Origin: Bacteroidales bacterium
GTDB lineage: Bacteria; Bacteroidota; Bacteroidia; Bacteroidales; CAIWKO01
Length of the DNA stretch: 64,000 nt
Assembly (NCBI GenBank): GCA_035389045.1
Contig: DAOORA010000016.1
Location: 1-64,000, forward strand
Direction of reading: 5' to 3'
This document shows, one piece after another, positions 20,260 through 31,202 of the stretch. The position numbers and the translations under genes were made by a program. The notes under the pieces were generated by a model. The model made no database searches, had not been told where the DNA came from, and worked only from the letters and a program-made list of their open reading frames with translations. Position 1 is the stretch's first letter. Every line of letters begins with the position of its first letter.

Positions 20260-21372
20260 ATGAAAAAGTTACTTTATTTCAGTTCAATACTTGCATTTTT
20301 ATGTGCAGGTAACATATATGCGCAGAAAAAAGCTGCCATTAAATTTGACAAAACAGAACTTGATTTTGGAACCGTAAAAGAAGAAGGCGGTAAGGTAAAA
20401 GGCAGGTACACCTTTACAAATGTGGGTGATGATACCCTGAAAATTATTAATGTAAAACCCACATGCGGATGTACAGCCGTTGAATGGACGAAAACCGGAG
20501 TTCTACCCAAAAAGTCCGGTTATGTGGATGTCGAATTTGATCCCGTTCAGCGTCCAGGAGTATTCAATAAAGGCATTGCTGTTACCACCAACGACCCCTC
20601 ACAGCAGATGATCAACCTGATCGTCAAAGGCAATGTGACTCCGAAACCCAAAAGCGTGACCGACCTTTATCCGGTTGTTCTCGGCAACCTTCGGATGGAA
20701 TCTTCACAATTTAATTTCGGAAACACCAAAAATACCGAGGTCCGTACCGATACCATAAAAGTTCTTAATATCTGGAATAAAAATATAACCCTCGGGTTCA
20801 AGGATGTACCGGTATACATCAATGTAAAAGCAATTCCCGAAACACTCAAACCCAACAAGGACGGCATGATCATTCTCAGTTATGATGTTACCAAAAGAGA
20901 TGAATTCGGTTATGTTTTCGACAGATTGCTGATGACCACCAATGACAGTATTCAACCCGAAAAATCCATCAACATTACCCAGAGTATCAATGAAGATTTT
21001 TCAAAGATGACACCCGAAGAACTTGCCAAAGCCCCGAAAATTAAATTCGATAACACCACTTTCGATTTCGGCACAGCAAAACAGGGTGATAAAGTGGAAT
21101 GTACCTTTACCTTCAAAAACGAGGGAGAAAACGATCTGGTCATACGTAAGGTTAAAGCCAGTTGCGGATGTACTGCAACCAACCCGGAAAAAACCCTCCT
21201 GAAAAAAGGCGAAGAAAGCAAAATTACGGCCACTTTCAATACTTCAGGCAGAGAAGGCAAGCAATATAAAACCGTTACCGTGATCACCAACGACCCTTCA
21301 AATTCTACCATTACACTGAATCTGCAGGGCAACGTTGAAAAACAAACTGCTCCTCAGGAACCACAGAAATAA
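20260..21372 (+). CDS. DUF1573 (Ig-like) domain protein
   Basis: Two DFG...F.N.G...CGCT domains and a signal peptide. Confidence 0.85.
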   Translation: MKKLLYFSSILAFLCAGNIYAQKKAAIKFDKTELDFGTVKEEGGKVKGRYTFTNVGDDTLKIINVKPTCGCTAVEWTKTGVLPKKSGYVDVEFDPVQRPGVFNKGIAVTTNDPSQQMINLIVKGNVTPKPKSVTDLYPVVLGNLRMESSQFNFGNTKNTEVRTDTIKVLNIWNKNITLGFKDVPVYINVKAIPETLKPNKDGMIILSYDVTKRDEFGYVFDRLLMTTNDSIQPEKSINITQSINEDFSKMTPEELAKAPKIKFDNTTFDFGTAKQGDKVECTFTFKNEGENDLVIRKVKASCGCTATNPEKTLLKKGEESKITATFNTSGREGKQYKTVTVITNDPSNSTITLNLQGNVEKQTAPQEPQK

Positions 21373-21390
21373 CGTAATAAATCCTTTAAC

Positions 21391-21428
21391 AAAAAATCCT
21401 GCCCGTTTTAAAAGCAGGATTTTTTTTT
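21391..21428 (+). terminator. Intrinsic terminator
   Basis: AAAAAATCCTGC-loop-GCAGGATTTTTTTT directly after the stop codon. Confidence 0.8.
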
Positions 21429-21540
21429 ACCTGAAAAATTAAATATTATCGATGCGGTTTTTTAAAACCCTGGGTTTTATACTATTTTTGTCTTTTAAAT
21501 GGCGCTGTATTAATCACCCGGATCATTATGTAATCAACCT

Positions 21541-23340
21541 ATGAAAGGCAGGAATCTATTTAATACTGAACTAACATTGAAAGATATCATACAAAAATCG
21601 TTTCAATGGATTTCTTTTTTAGTCAGTTTATCCGCTGTCCTGCTCATCATTTACGAAATAGGCTTTTCCACACCGCAGCACCATATTTCCGACATAAAAT
21701 TTTATTATCGCACCGCTTTATTTATTCTGTTATTTTTCAGCCTTGTACGCTATTTGTTTTTCTTTCCCAAAAGACAACCTTTGATGTTGTGGGGGTTCGA
21801 CATGATGTTTGTTTGCTCCATCATTGTTTTAATAATTGCAAGAATATACTTCCCCGGTTCAACCAACTATTTCTGGCACTTTGTTGATTATAAACCCTGG
21901 CTTTTCATTTTACTCTTTTTTTCATTATTCAAAGACGCTACCCTTGTTGGCTTCAGCTTATTCAGCAGGCAGTTCAACCCCGCCCTGATCTTTGTAGTCA
22001 GTTTCCTGATTTTGATCGTGAGCGGCATGTTGCTTTTAATTTTACCCAATGCCACTGCAAACGGCATCAGCGTGATGAACGCCTTATTTACATCAACCAG
22101 CGCCGTATGCGTTACCGGGCTGACTGTGGTGGATACGGCCACCTGTTTCACCCTCACGGGGAAAATTATCATTCTGTGTCTTATTCAGGCCGGAGGACTT
22201 GGGATAATGACCTTTACCAGCTATTTTACCTTTCTGTTCAAAGGAAAGCCTACTTTTCACAGCCAGCTCATGCTCAGCGATATGGCTAATTCCGAATCAC
22301 TGGGGGAGTTGTTTGTTATATTAAGAAGGATAATCCTTGTTACCTTTATCATTGAAGCCGTCGGGGCCTTACTGATTTTTTTCTATATTCCCGCTGAGGT
22401 GTTCACGGATACCGGAGAAATGATCTTTTTTTCAATTTTTCATTCGGTATCAGCTTTTTGCAATGCCGGATTTTCCACTTTATCCGACAATTTCAATGAT
22501 ATAAACTTCAGATTTAACTACCCTGTCCACCTGGTCATCTCTTTTCTGATAATTTTTGGCGGCCTCGGTTTCCCGATCATTTTCAATTTTTTTAAGTACC
22601 TTCGTCATTTACTTGTCAACCGCATATTTCGCCTTAACAAGCGCAGGGAGTTTATTCATAAAGCCTGGGTCATCAATATCAATACGAGGATAGTGACGGT
22701 GACCACTTTCGTACTGCTGGTGGCGGGCACCCTGATATTTTTCATTCTGGAATACCATAATACCCTTAGTGAACATCAGGGAATGGGAAAAGTGGTGACG
22801 TCTTTTTTCAGTATCGTTTCGCCCAGAACGGCAGGATTTAATTCGATAAATTACGGATTACTTCATGTCTCCACCATACTTTTCATCATTTTCCTGATGT
22901 GGATAGGCGCTTCACCATCTTCAACCGGCGGTGGTATTAAAACCACAACCTTCGCTTTAAGCATACTGAATGTCATCAGCCTGAGTAAAGGAAAAGACCG
23001 TGTGGAACTTTATCGCCGGCAGGTATCCGATTCGTCGCTGCGAAGGACATCAGCCATTATATTTCTGTCGTTTATTGTGCTCGGAACATCTATATTTTTT
23101 GTTTCGTTCTTTGACCCGGAGAAAAACCTGCTCGATATCGCCTTCGAATGTTTTTCGGCATTCGGCACGGTAGGTTTATCGCTCGGTATCACCCCTCATC
23201 TTTCGGAGCCGGCAAAGTTTGTCATCATTGTTACCATGTTTCTGGGCAGGATAGGTACACTCACCATTTTTATTGCATTCTTCAAAAAGATCCTGCATGT
23301 CAAATACCATTATCCGGTTGAGAACATTTTGATAAACTAA
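21541..23340 (+). CDS. ktrB: Trk/Ktr K+ uptake membrane subunit
   Basis: Motifs SAVCVTGL, SAFCNAGF, RTAGF, SAFGTVGLS. Confidence 0.9.
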   Translation: MKGRNLFNTELTLKDIIQKSFQWISFLVSLSAVLLIIYEIGFSTPQHHISDIKFYYRTALFILLFFSLVRYLFFFPKRQPLMLWGFDMMFVCSIIVLIIARIYFPGSTNYFWHFVDYKPWLFILLFFSLFKDATLVGFSLFSRQFNPALIFVVSFLILIVSGMLLLILPNATANGISVMNALFTSTSAVCVTGLTVVDTATCFTLTGKIIILCLIQAGGLGIMTFTSYFTFLFKGKPTFHSQLMLSDMANSESLGELFVILRRIILVTFIIEAVGALLIFFYIPAEVFTDTGEMIFFSIFHSVSAFCNAGFSTLSDNFNDINFRFNYPVHLVISFLIIFGGLGFPIIFNFFKYLRHLLVNRIFRLNKRREFIHKAWVININTRIVTVTTFVLLVAGTLIFFILEYHNTLSEHQGMGKVVTSFFSIVSPRTAGFNSINYGLLHVSTILFIIFLMWIGASPSSTGGGIKTTTFALSILNVISLSKGKDRVELYRRQVSDSSLRRTSAIIFLSFIVLGTSIFFVSFFDPEKNLLDIAFECFSAFGTVGLSLGITPHLSEPAKFVIIVTMFLGRIGTLTIFIAFFKKILHVKYHYPVENILIN

Positions 23341-23428
23341 ACTATACAGAAATATATAACATAGAAACCACATAAACTAAAGTCTACCAACCATATATGA
23401 TACAAATAACAAGCAAAAAATTATACAC

Positions 23429-24118
23429 ATGAAAATAGTTGTGATCGGACTTGGAAATTTTGGTTCCACACTTGCCATCAGGCTCACGCAGATGGGCCAC
23501 GAAGTCATCGGAGTAGACAAAGACATGGGTAAAATACAGATGATCAAAGACGACATCACACATGCCATATGTATTGACAGCACTGAAGTCAACGGAGTAA
23601 ACGCCCTGCCGCTCAAAGATGCAGACGTTGTCGTAGTGGCCGTGGGTGAAGACGTCGGCGCCTCCATTATGACCACAGCCCTGATGAAACAACTGAAAGT
23701 CAAACGCCTGATAAGCCGTGCCATTTCACCCTTACATGCTGCGGTGCTGGATGCTATGGAAATTGAAGAAATTATGCACCCCGAACAGGAAACCGCCATA
23801 AGGCTGGCAAAAAAACTGAATCTTCCGGGTTATGTGGATTCATTCGAAGTTACCAGCGACCATAATGTGATTGAAATTGTCGCACCACAATCCTATGTCG
23901 GAAAAAAACTTTCAGAACTGAATCTCACCAAAAAATACAACATTCTGGTGCTTACCACCATAAAAACAAGAAATGCTGTGAACATGTTAGGACTGAAAAG
24001 CAAAAAAAGAGTGGTCAATGATGTGGCGACTTCCGAAACGGTCATTTATGAAGGGGATATCATGCTGATTTACGGCTCTGTGAATGATATCAGGCGTATG
24101 CTGAAAGACGAAGAATAA
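23429..24118 (+). CDS. ktrA: Trk/Ktr NAD-binding RCK subunit
   Basis: VIGLGNFG Rossmann motif and HPE. Confidence 0.9.
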   Translation: MKIVVIGLGNFGSTLAIRLTQMGHEVIGVDKDMGKIQMIKDDITHAICIDSTEVNGVNALPLKDADVVVVAVGEDVGASIMTTALMKQLKVKRLISRAISPLHAAVLDAMEIEEIMHPEQETAIRLAKKLNLPGYVDSFEVTSDHNVIEIVAPQSYVGKKLSELNLTKKYNILVLTTIKTRNAVNMLGLKSKKRVVNDVATSETVIYEGDIMLIYGSVNDIRRMLKDEE

Positions 24119-24364
24119 ATTCGCACGGTTAGAATCTGCTGGGAATTTGAATAATAAATTCATTATAGTATTGATTTTCTTTGTACTATGTATAATTTAC
24201 AAAAAACCATTTATTGAGTCCACCCCAAAAAGAATGATTTCTGAAGGAAACAGGGTTTTCGGAGTGGCCTTCTTATTAAATTCAAAACAGTTTCTTATTC
24301 ATTTTGATTTTGCGGGCACACCATATTAGTGGCAATTTTTATATACTTTTGCATATCTTTTTTT

Positions 24365-24952
24365 ATGGATTTCAACAAAATCAAATCAATATTAGAAACC
24401 AAAACTGTCGGTATTGCCGGCTGTGGCGGGCTTGGTTCCAATTGCGCCGTTGCCCTGGCACGCGCAGGTACCGGAAAACTCATTATATGTGATTTCGATA
24501 TCATTGCCGAAAGCAACCTCAACCGTCAGTACTTTTTCTACGACCAGATCGGTATGAAAAAAGCAGGCGCGTTAAAAGAAAATATCACCCGTATCAACCC
24601 TCGCATTATTATTGAAGCCCATGATGTAAAAATAGATCCTGAAAATACTGTGGAGTTGTTTAAGCCCTGCGATGTTATTGTTGAAGCCTTCGACCATGCT
24701 GAAATGAAAAAAATGCTTATCGAAACGGTGCTGGAAAAAATACCGGGCATACCGTTGATCACCGGCGTCGGAATAGCCGGCTGGGGCAACAGCAATAGCA
24801 TCCGTGTAATACAAATTGGCAATTTATATATCTGTGGTGATGGCATCAGCGAGGTTGATGAAGATCATCCGCCCCTAGCGCCACGCGTTGGAATAGCTGC
24901 AAACATGCAGGCCAACACAGTGCTTGAAATACTTTTAAATAATACTGTTTAA
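24365..24952 (+). CDS. thiF: ThiS adenylyltransferase ThiF
   Basis: Motifs GCGGLGS, SNLNRQ, EAFD, APRV. ATG at 24365. Confidence 0.88.
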   Translation: MDFNKIKSILETKTVGIAGCGGLGSNCAVALARAGTGKLIICDFDIIAESNLNRQYFFYDQIGMKKAGALKENITRINPRIIIEAHDVKIDPENTVELFKPCDVIVEAFDHAEMKKMLIETVLEKIPGIPLITGVGIAGWGNSNSIRVIQIGNLYICGDGISEVDEDHPPLAPRVGIAANMQANTVLEILLNNTV

Positions 24953-24956
24953 ATCC

Positions 24957-25160
24957 ATGAATATTACTTTAAACAACAATAAGGAAGTCATCGATGAAGA
25001 GAAGCTCACCGTTGCAGAACTGCTCCGGTTAAAGAACTTCACGTTCAGGATGCTTATTGTCAAAATCAACGGCAAGGTGGTGAAACAAGCAGATTATGCC
25101 GGCGCCGAAATTAACGATGGCGATGATGTTATGGTTTTACATTTGATCAGCGGGGGATGA
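24957..25160 (+). CDS. thiS: Sulfur carrier protein ThiS
   Basis: 67-aa ubiquitin-like protein ending in GG. Confidence 0.9.
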   Translation: MNITLNNNKEVIDEEKLTVAELLRLKNFTFRMLIVKINGKVVKQADYAGAEINDGDDVMVLHLISGG

Positions 25161-25894
25161 AAAACACTGTTAAAGTAATCTTACAGAAACTTCTGGGATT
25201 TGAAAATTATCTTTATCTGTTTGCCCTTTATATTATCCGTACCCTGAAATGGAATAAAAATGAAGGTGATTTTATTTTTTTCAGGAATATGATCCCTGAT
25301 GAAGGGTTGATACTGGATATCGGCGCCAATATCGGTGTGATGTCTGTTCACCTGGCACGGACACATAAAAAAGCTGAGATATGTGCTTTTGAACCGATAC
25401 CATACAATATCAACACCCTGAAAAAAATTATCAGTAAATACAGGGTTCATAATATTACCATTACAGAAAGTGCGCTCGGTGATAAAACAGGAACCATCGA
25501 AATGGTCATGCCGGTGCAGCGATCAGCAAGATTACACGGCTTGAGCCATGTTTTGCACCAAAGCATCAGCGAAAACAATACCGGTGAAAAATTTGTAACA
25601 CCGGTCACCACACTTGACGAATTTTTGAGTGAAAATTTCCCTGACAAAGCGGTAACCGCCATAAAAATTGATGTCGAGAATTATGAATATTATGTGTTAA
25701 CAGGGGCTACAGAAACCATCAAAAAATACAAACCCTTCATTTACTGTGAATTGTGGGAAAACCAGAACCGCCAGGCTTGTTTCACACTACTGACAACCCT
25801 CGGATATGAAATAAAAATACTTAGCGAAAAAAAACTTTGCACGTACGATGGTTCTGTGCATAAAACTCAGAATTTTTTCTTCACACCGAGATAA
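25157..25894 (+). CDS. FkbM family methyltransferase
   Basis: Motifs DIGANIG, FEP, KIDVE. ATGA overlap with thiS. Confidence 0.88.
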   Translation: MKNTVKVILQKLLGFENYLYLFALYIIRTLKWNKNEGDFIFFRNMIPDEGLILDIGANIGVMSVHLARTHKKAEICAFEPIPYNINTLKKIISKYRVHNITITESALGDKTGTIEMVMPVQRSARLHGLSHVLHQSISENNTGEKFVTPVTTLDEFLSENFPDKAVTAIKIDVENYEYYVLTGATETIKKYKPFIYCELWENQNRQACFTLLTTLGYEIKILSEKKLCTYDGSVHKTQNFFFTPR

Positions 25895-25912
25895 AGGGCA
25901 AAAAATCCAAGG

Positions 25913-27406
25913 ATGAACCGGAAATTTATTACAAACCTGATCATACTGCTGTTCCTGAACCTGCTCATCAAGCCGTTCTGGATACTCGGCATTGACCGGG
26001 GTGTGCAAAATGCTGTGGGTGCCGGAGAATACGGATTTTATTTTGCTTTGTTCAATTTCACTTTTCTGTTCAACATCCTGCTTGATATGGGGATTACCAA
26101 TTTCAACAACAGGAACATTGCACAGAACCATCACCTGCTCAACAAGTATTTTTCGAGTATTGTGATTTTAAAATTTCTTTTAGCCTTACTATATGCCGTT
26201 ATTACCTTATCAGCGGGACTGATCATCGGCTATAATGCCGACCAGATGCTGATGTTAGCTGTTTTATGTTTCAACCAGTTTCTTATTTCGTTCATCCTGT
26301 ACCTGCGTTCCAATATCTCAGGCCTTCACTTTTTCAAAACAGACAGTATAATTTCGGTACTCGACCGTTTTATCATGATCGTAATTTGCGGAATTCTGCT
26401 TTGGGGAAATGTAACACAACAGCCCTTTAAAATTGAGTGGTTTATACTGGCCCAGACAGGTTCTTATATAATAACGACGCTGATCGCTCTGGCCATTGTG
26501 ATCAGGAAAGCTCATTTCAACCATCTGAAATGGAATTTCCCGTTTTTTATTGTCATCATAAAACAAAGTTTTCCGTTTGCTATCCTCGTTCTGCTGATGG
26601 CTTTTTACAACCGTATCGATTCTGTGATGATTGAACGTATTTTGCCCGACCAGGTCGGGGAACAGCAGTCGGGCCTGTATGCCTCGGCATACCGTCTGCT
26701 TGATGCCACCAACATGATCGCTTTTTTGTTTTCTGTGATACTGCTTCCCATGTTTGCCCGGATGATCAAATTCAAAGATAATATCGAAAAACTCACCCAG
26801 CTGGCTTTTACACTGGTGTTTCTGCTTGCTGTGACCGTTGCTGTAAGTTCGTTTTTCTATAGAACTGAGATCATGACGATGCTTTATCCCATGCACATCA
26901 GTGAATCGGTGGCTGAATATACCAACCGTATAGAACAAACATCATGGATATTTGGAATGCTGATGTTTGGATTTATTCCGATTTCTACTACCTATATCTT
27001 CGGTACCTTATTAACGGCTAACGGCAACCTGAAATACCTTAATATCATGGCTGCCTGCGGTATGGTGCTGAATCTGAGCCTGAATTTCCTCCTCATACCT
27101 GTACATCAGGCCATTGGATCATCGTATGCCAGTCTTTCCACCCAGGCGTTGACAGCACTCTGCCAGGTGATTCTGGCCGTCAGGGTTTTTAAATTCAAAC
27201 TGAATACACCTTACCTCCTGCGTCTTGCCGCCTTCGTCCTTCTTGTGATACTGTTCAATTATCTCACCCATACCATTTCATCCGAAAAATACATGGATTG
27301 GAAAATGTCGTTCCTGATCATGCTGATGCTGACCATCCTGGCCGCAGGCTTTAGTAAACTGTTGAACATCAAAGCATTTATACAGATTCTACTTAAAAAA
27401 CAGTAA
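25913..27406 (+). CDS. Oligosaccharide flippase (Wzx/MATE-like)
   Basis: Multi-TM protein with DMGIT, RIDSVM and GLYASAYR motifs. Confidence 0.8.
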   Translation: MNRKFITNLIILLFLNLLIKPFWILGIDRGVQNAVGAGEYGFYFALFNFTFLFNILLDMGITNFNNRNIAQNHHLLNKYFSSIVILKFLLALLYAVITLSAGLIIGYNADQMLMLAVLCFNQFLISFILYLRSNISGLHFFKTDSIISVLDRFIMIVICGILLWGNVTQQPFKIEWFILAQTGSYIITTLIALAIVIRKAHFNHLKWNFPFFIVIIKQSFPFAILVLLMAFYNRIDSVMIERILPDQVGEQQSGLYASAYRLLDATNMIAFLFSVILLPMFARMIKFKDNIEKLTQLAFTLVFLLAVTVAVSSFFYRTEIMTMLYPMHISESVAEYTNRIEQTSWIFGMLMFGFIPISTTYIFGTLLTANGNLKYLNIMAACGMVLNLSLNFLLIPVHQAIGSSYASLSTQALTALCQVILAVRVFKFKLNTPYLLRLAAFVLLVILFNYLTHTISSEKYMDWKMSFLIMLMLTILAAGFSKLLNIKAFIQILLKKQ

Positions 27407-27516
27407 ATGCAGTTGCCTTGTTCCTAAGCTAAACCCGTTCTCTCAAAAAAAATTATTATTGATTAATAAAAAAAAATTACTTTTGCTTAATTTTCATACA
27501 GGATAGCTATCGGTTT

Positions 27517-28566
27517 ATGACGGAACAGGAATCAAAACAAGCAAGTTTTAATACGACCAATTTTTTTATTTTTCTTTATAAATGGAGAAAGCCATTGATA
27601 ATCGTCTGTCTGGCCACAGCAATTATTTCAGCAGCGGTGTCTTTTTTGATCGCTCCCAAATATAAATCAACGGTCATCTTATTTCCTACCTCCACCAATG
27701 CCATTTCTAAAGCGCTGCTGGCCGATAATTACGGCGGAAAACTCGACATCCTGGAGTTTGGCGAAGAAGCCCAGACTGAACAGCTGTTGCAGATCTTAAA
27801 TTCGAATGAGATCAGGTCGCGGGTAATAAAAAAATTCGACCTGATGAAGCATTACGAAATCGATGAAAATGCCAAGTACAAGATGACAAGGCTGTTCGAA
27901 GAATATAACGGCAATATTACTTACCGGCGTACCGAATACATGGCTGTGGAGATCACGGTACTGGATAAAGACCCGCAGATTGCTGCCGATATCGCCAACT
28001 ACATTTCTGACCAGCTCGACTCTGTCAAAAACAAAATGCAGAAAGAACGTGCTATAAAGGCATTTGCTATTGTTGAAACTGAGTATAAAAAACTGGTCAA
28101 TGACATAAAATTTCTGGAAGATTCCCTGACCGTTCTCAGAAAATTAGGCATCAACGATTACGAGACACAGGCAGAGGCCTATAATACCCAGCTGGCCATT
28201 GCATTATCCAAAAACAACACGGCCGCCGTCCGTGCTATTGAAGAAAGGCTCCAACTGCTGGGCGATTATGGCAGCGCCTATGTGTCATTGCGTGACGAAC
28301 TGGAACTTGAAAAAAAACAGCTGAGCGCTATCAAAGCCAAATATGAAGAAGCAAAAGTGGACGCCAACGAAGAACTGCCGGCTAAATTTGTTGTCGACAA
28401 AGCATACAAAGCAGAACGCAAGTCGGTTCCTGTACGATGGCTTATCGTGGTGATAGCCACTATTTCAGCCTTTTTGCTTTTTGTGATGACGCTGATCGTC
28501 TTTGAAAATTTTTCAAAAAAAAAATTTCCGACGCACAGCAAGATGAATACGCCAGATTTAACTTAA
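27517..28566 (+). CDS. Polysaccharide co-polymerase (Wzz-like)
   Basis: N-terminal TM with PKYKS, coiled coil, C-terminal P.R TM. Confidence 0.75.
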   Translation: MTEQESKQASFNTTNFFIFLYKWRKPLIIVCLATAIISAAVSFLIAPKYKSTVILFPTSTNAISKALLADNYGGKLDILEFGEEAQTEQLLQILNSNEIRSRVIKKFDLMKHYEIDENAKYKMTRLFEEYNGNITYRRTEYMAVEITVLDKDPQIAADIANYISDQLDSVKNKMQKERAIKAFAIVETEYKKLVNDIKFLEDSLTVLRKLGINDYETQAEAYNTQLAIALSKNNTAAVRAIEERLQLLGDYGSAYVSLRDELELEKKQLSAIKAKYEEAKVDANEELPAKFVVDKAYKAERKSVPVRWLIVVIATISAFLLFVMTLIVFENFSKKKFPTHSKMNTPDLT

Positions 28567-28685
28567 CCCTTGACATTGATGATGTAAAAATACAGCCACT
28601 TTTTGCAGCAAAAGATAAACGTTATGAAACAGTTTTCATCCCTGAAGCACAAGAATACCCGCTAATTGATTATATTGAAGAAAAC

Positions 28686-29645
28686 ATGAACAATTTTTTT
28701 AAAAGCACCTTTATCATCAAGCTTATCCTGAAATGGAAATGGCACCTGATGATAATTGCTGTTTTGGCTGTTGCATTGTCTGCCATATTTTCAGGACCTG
28801 CTTTTATCAAACCAAAATACAGGTCATACGCGGTGATATATCCGGCAAACATCTCCCCCTACTCTACCGAAACCAATACAGAGCAGATGCTTCAGTTACT
28901 GAAATCCGAAGATATCCTGTTTGATATTGTCAAACGCTTTGATCTTTATAAAGAATACAAAATTGACACCACGGTAAAATATTATAAAAATAAGATTATC
29001 AAGGCATTGGAAGATAATGTGAATATCAAAAGAACAGAATATGAATCCGTGATCATTGAAGTATACGACCACGATCCCCGGCAGGCCTGCGACATGGTCA
29101 ATGAATTTATCAACCTGATGAATGCCAAGGCACGCTATCTCCAGCGCAACAAAACAGCCGAGATCGCCTCTATGTATTACAACCAGATGACCGATAAAAA
29201 AACAGAAATTGACAGCATTGAAAAACGGCTGCAGTTTCTTCGCAATGAATATAATATTCTCGATTATAATATCCAGGTTAAAGAATACAGCAAAGGCTAT
29301 GTCAGAAACATCAACAACGGAAGGGCAAACCAAAAAGACGACATTGCCGTCACGCTGAACAACCTGAAACAATATGGAGGGGAATACCGACAACTGGATG
29401 CCAGCCTCTGGGGCCTCCTCGAAACTTACATTGCCCTGAAAAAAGAATATGACAACTCTCTGGCCGACCTGAAAAAGGAGCTTACCTATGCAAACGTGGT
29501 CACCAGCCCTGAACCTGCCGATAAAAAATCATATCCCATACGCTGGCTCGTGGTTTGTATTTCAACACTTTCTGCCTTATTACTATCACTGTTGATTTTT
29601 TCAATAATTGGTGGTGTAAAAAAATCAGAAAAAACTGCTCAATAA
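28686..29645 (+). CDS. Second Wzz-like co-polymerase
   Basis: Same architecture, with PKYRS and PADKKSYPIRW. Confidence 0.75.
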   Translation: MNNFFKSTFIIKLILKWKWHLMIIAVLAVALSAIFSGPAFIKPKYRSYAVIYPANISPYSTETNTEQMLQLLKSEDILFDIVKRFDLYKEYKIDTTVKYYKNKIIKALEDNVNIKRTEYESVIIEVYDHDPRQACDMVNEFINLMNAKARYLQRNKTAEIASMYYNQMTDKKTEIDSIEKRLQFLRNEYNILDYNIQVKEYSKGYVRNINNGRANQKDDIAVTLNNLKQYGGEYRQLDASLWGLLETYIALKKEYDNSLADLKKELTYANVVTSPEPADKKSYPIRWLVVCISTLSALLLSLLIFSIIGGVKKSEKTAQ

Positions 29646-31105
29646 TTCTCAACTTGACTGACAAATCAAAACTAATATGGGTTTATGTTATTAGTGCAAT
29701 TTTTATTGCCCTGAACATATTCTTCATCGCCCGGGAGTTTTATTGGTTTTCGCTGGTACCGGTTGCCCTGATCATTCTTCTGCTCTTTTTCTTTGCCCTC
29801 GACAAAGTGATTTATCTGATTGTTTTTTGTACGCCACTGGCCATCAATATCATGAATGTTGACGACAGGATATCCCTGTCACTACCCACAGAACCCTTAC
29901 TGCTCGGCGTGCTTCTGATGTTTTTTATTAAACTGCTTTTTGAACGTACCTATGATTTTAAAGTACTCAAACATCCTGTGACTATTTTAATTCTTATTAA
30001 TTTGTGCTGGATGTTTGTTACATCGCTCACCAGCGAAATGCCCCTGGTGTCCTTCAAGTTCCTGATCGCACGGCTGTGGTTTGTTATCCCCTTTTATTTT
30101 GCTGCCGTCATCCTGTTTAAAAATATTAAAAACATTAAGACTATCAGCTGGCTATATGTTATACCGTTGGCAGCAGTTATCATTTTTTCAACCTATAACC
30201 TGGTTTTATGGGGTTTTGATGAACAGGCAGCCCACTGGGTTATGTCCCCTTTCTTCAATGACCATACCGCCTATGGCGCTGCCATATCTTTTTTTGTACC
30301 TGTTTTTACCGGATTTGTCATCAACAAACAAAACAACCGTACCAACAGACTATATGCCGGTATCTTATTGTTATTTCTTCTCACCGGGCTGTACTGCTCT
30401 TACAGCAGGGCCGCATGGATCAGCGTACTTACTGCATTGGTTGTCGCGATATTGATTTTTTTGAAAATTAAATTCAGATGGGTTTTTTTGATAAGTGCAA
30501 TTCTCCTTTCAGTATTTTTCTATTTCCAGAACGATATTTTATTAAAACTGGAAAAAAACAAACAGGATTCTTCTGCAGATTTCGTAGAACATGTGCAGTC
30601 TATTTCAAATATCTCATCCGATGCTTCCAATCTTGAACGTATAAACCGCTGGCAATCTGCACTTAAAATGTTCAAAGAACGACCGGTATTCGGCTGGGGT
30701 CCCGGAACATACCAGTTTGTTTACGCACCTTTTCAGAGAACAAGGGATAAAACCATCATCAGCACCAATGCCGGCAACAAAGGGACCGCTCACAGCGAAT
30801 ATATTGGTCCGTTATCGGAATCCGGGTTGCCTGGAATGATCAGTATACTTGCCCTGGTAATCGCAATTAGTATTACAGCCATTCGCCTGTATCACAAGAC
30901 AAAAAAACCGGAAATAAAACTTTTGACCCTGGTGTATTTTCTGGGACTTGTCACCTATTTTGTTCATGGAATATTGAACAATTTCTTAGATACCGATAAA
31001 TCATCGGTGCCCTTCTGGGCATTCACAGCTGCTATCGTAGCGCTCGATATTTACCATAGCAAAGAGGAAAAGGATGCGGAGGCTCCGGCTGATCCAAAAC
31101 AATAA
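29555..31105 (+). CDS. O-antigen ligase/polymerase family protein (start probably downstream, about 29654)
   Basis: Motifs SYSRAAW, ERINRW, FGWGPG, AHSEY. Confidence 0.85.
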   Translation: MYFNTFCLITITVDFFNNWWCKKIRKNCSIILNLTDKSKLIWVYVISAIFIALNIFFIAREFYWFSLVPVALIILLLFFFALDKVIYLIVFCTPLAINIMNVDDRISLSLPTEPLLLGVLLMFFIKLLFERTYDFKVLKHPVTILILINLCWMFVTSLTSEMPLVSFKFLIARLWFVIPFYFAAVILFKNIKNIKTISWLYVIPLAAVIIFSTYNLVLWGFDEQAAHWVMSPFFNDHTAYGAAISFFVPVFTGFVINKQNNRTNRLYAGILLLFLLTGLYCSYSRAAWISVLTALVVAILIFLKIKFRWVFLISAILLSVFFYFQNDILLKLEKNKQDSSADFVEHVQSISNISSDASNLERINRWQSALKMFKERPVFGWGPGTYQFVYAPFQRTRDKTIISTNAGNKGTAHSEYIGPLSESGLPGMISILALVIAISITAIRLYHKTKKPEIKLLTLVYFLGLVTYFVHGILNNFLDTDKSSVPFWAFTAAIVALDIYHSKEEKDAEAPADPKQ

Positions 31106-31202
31106 CAACCCCTTATCTGACTTCCTGAACATATAAAATGGCAGCAAAATGACGTAAGCCTGCTCTTTTACAATTTCTATTTAGTGTTTGAGCGAAAACC
31201 CA

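Noticed and set aside
24120..24364. TPP riboswitch upstream of thiF
   Set aside because: No CTGAGA...ACCTGA core is visible.
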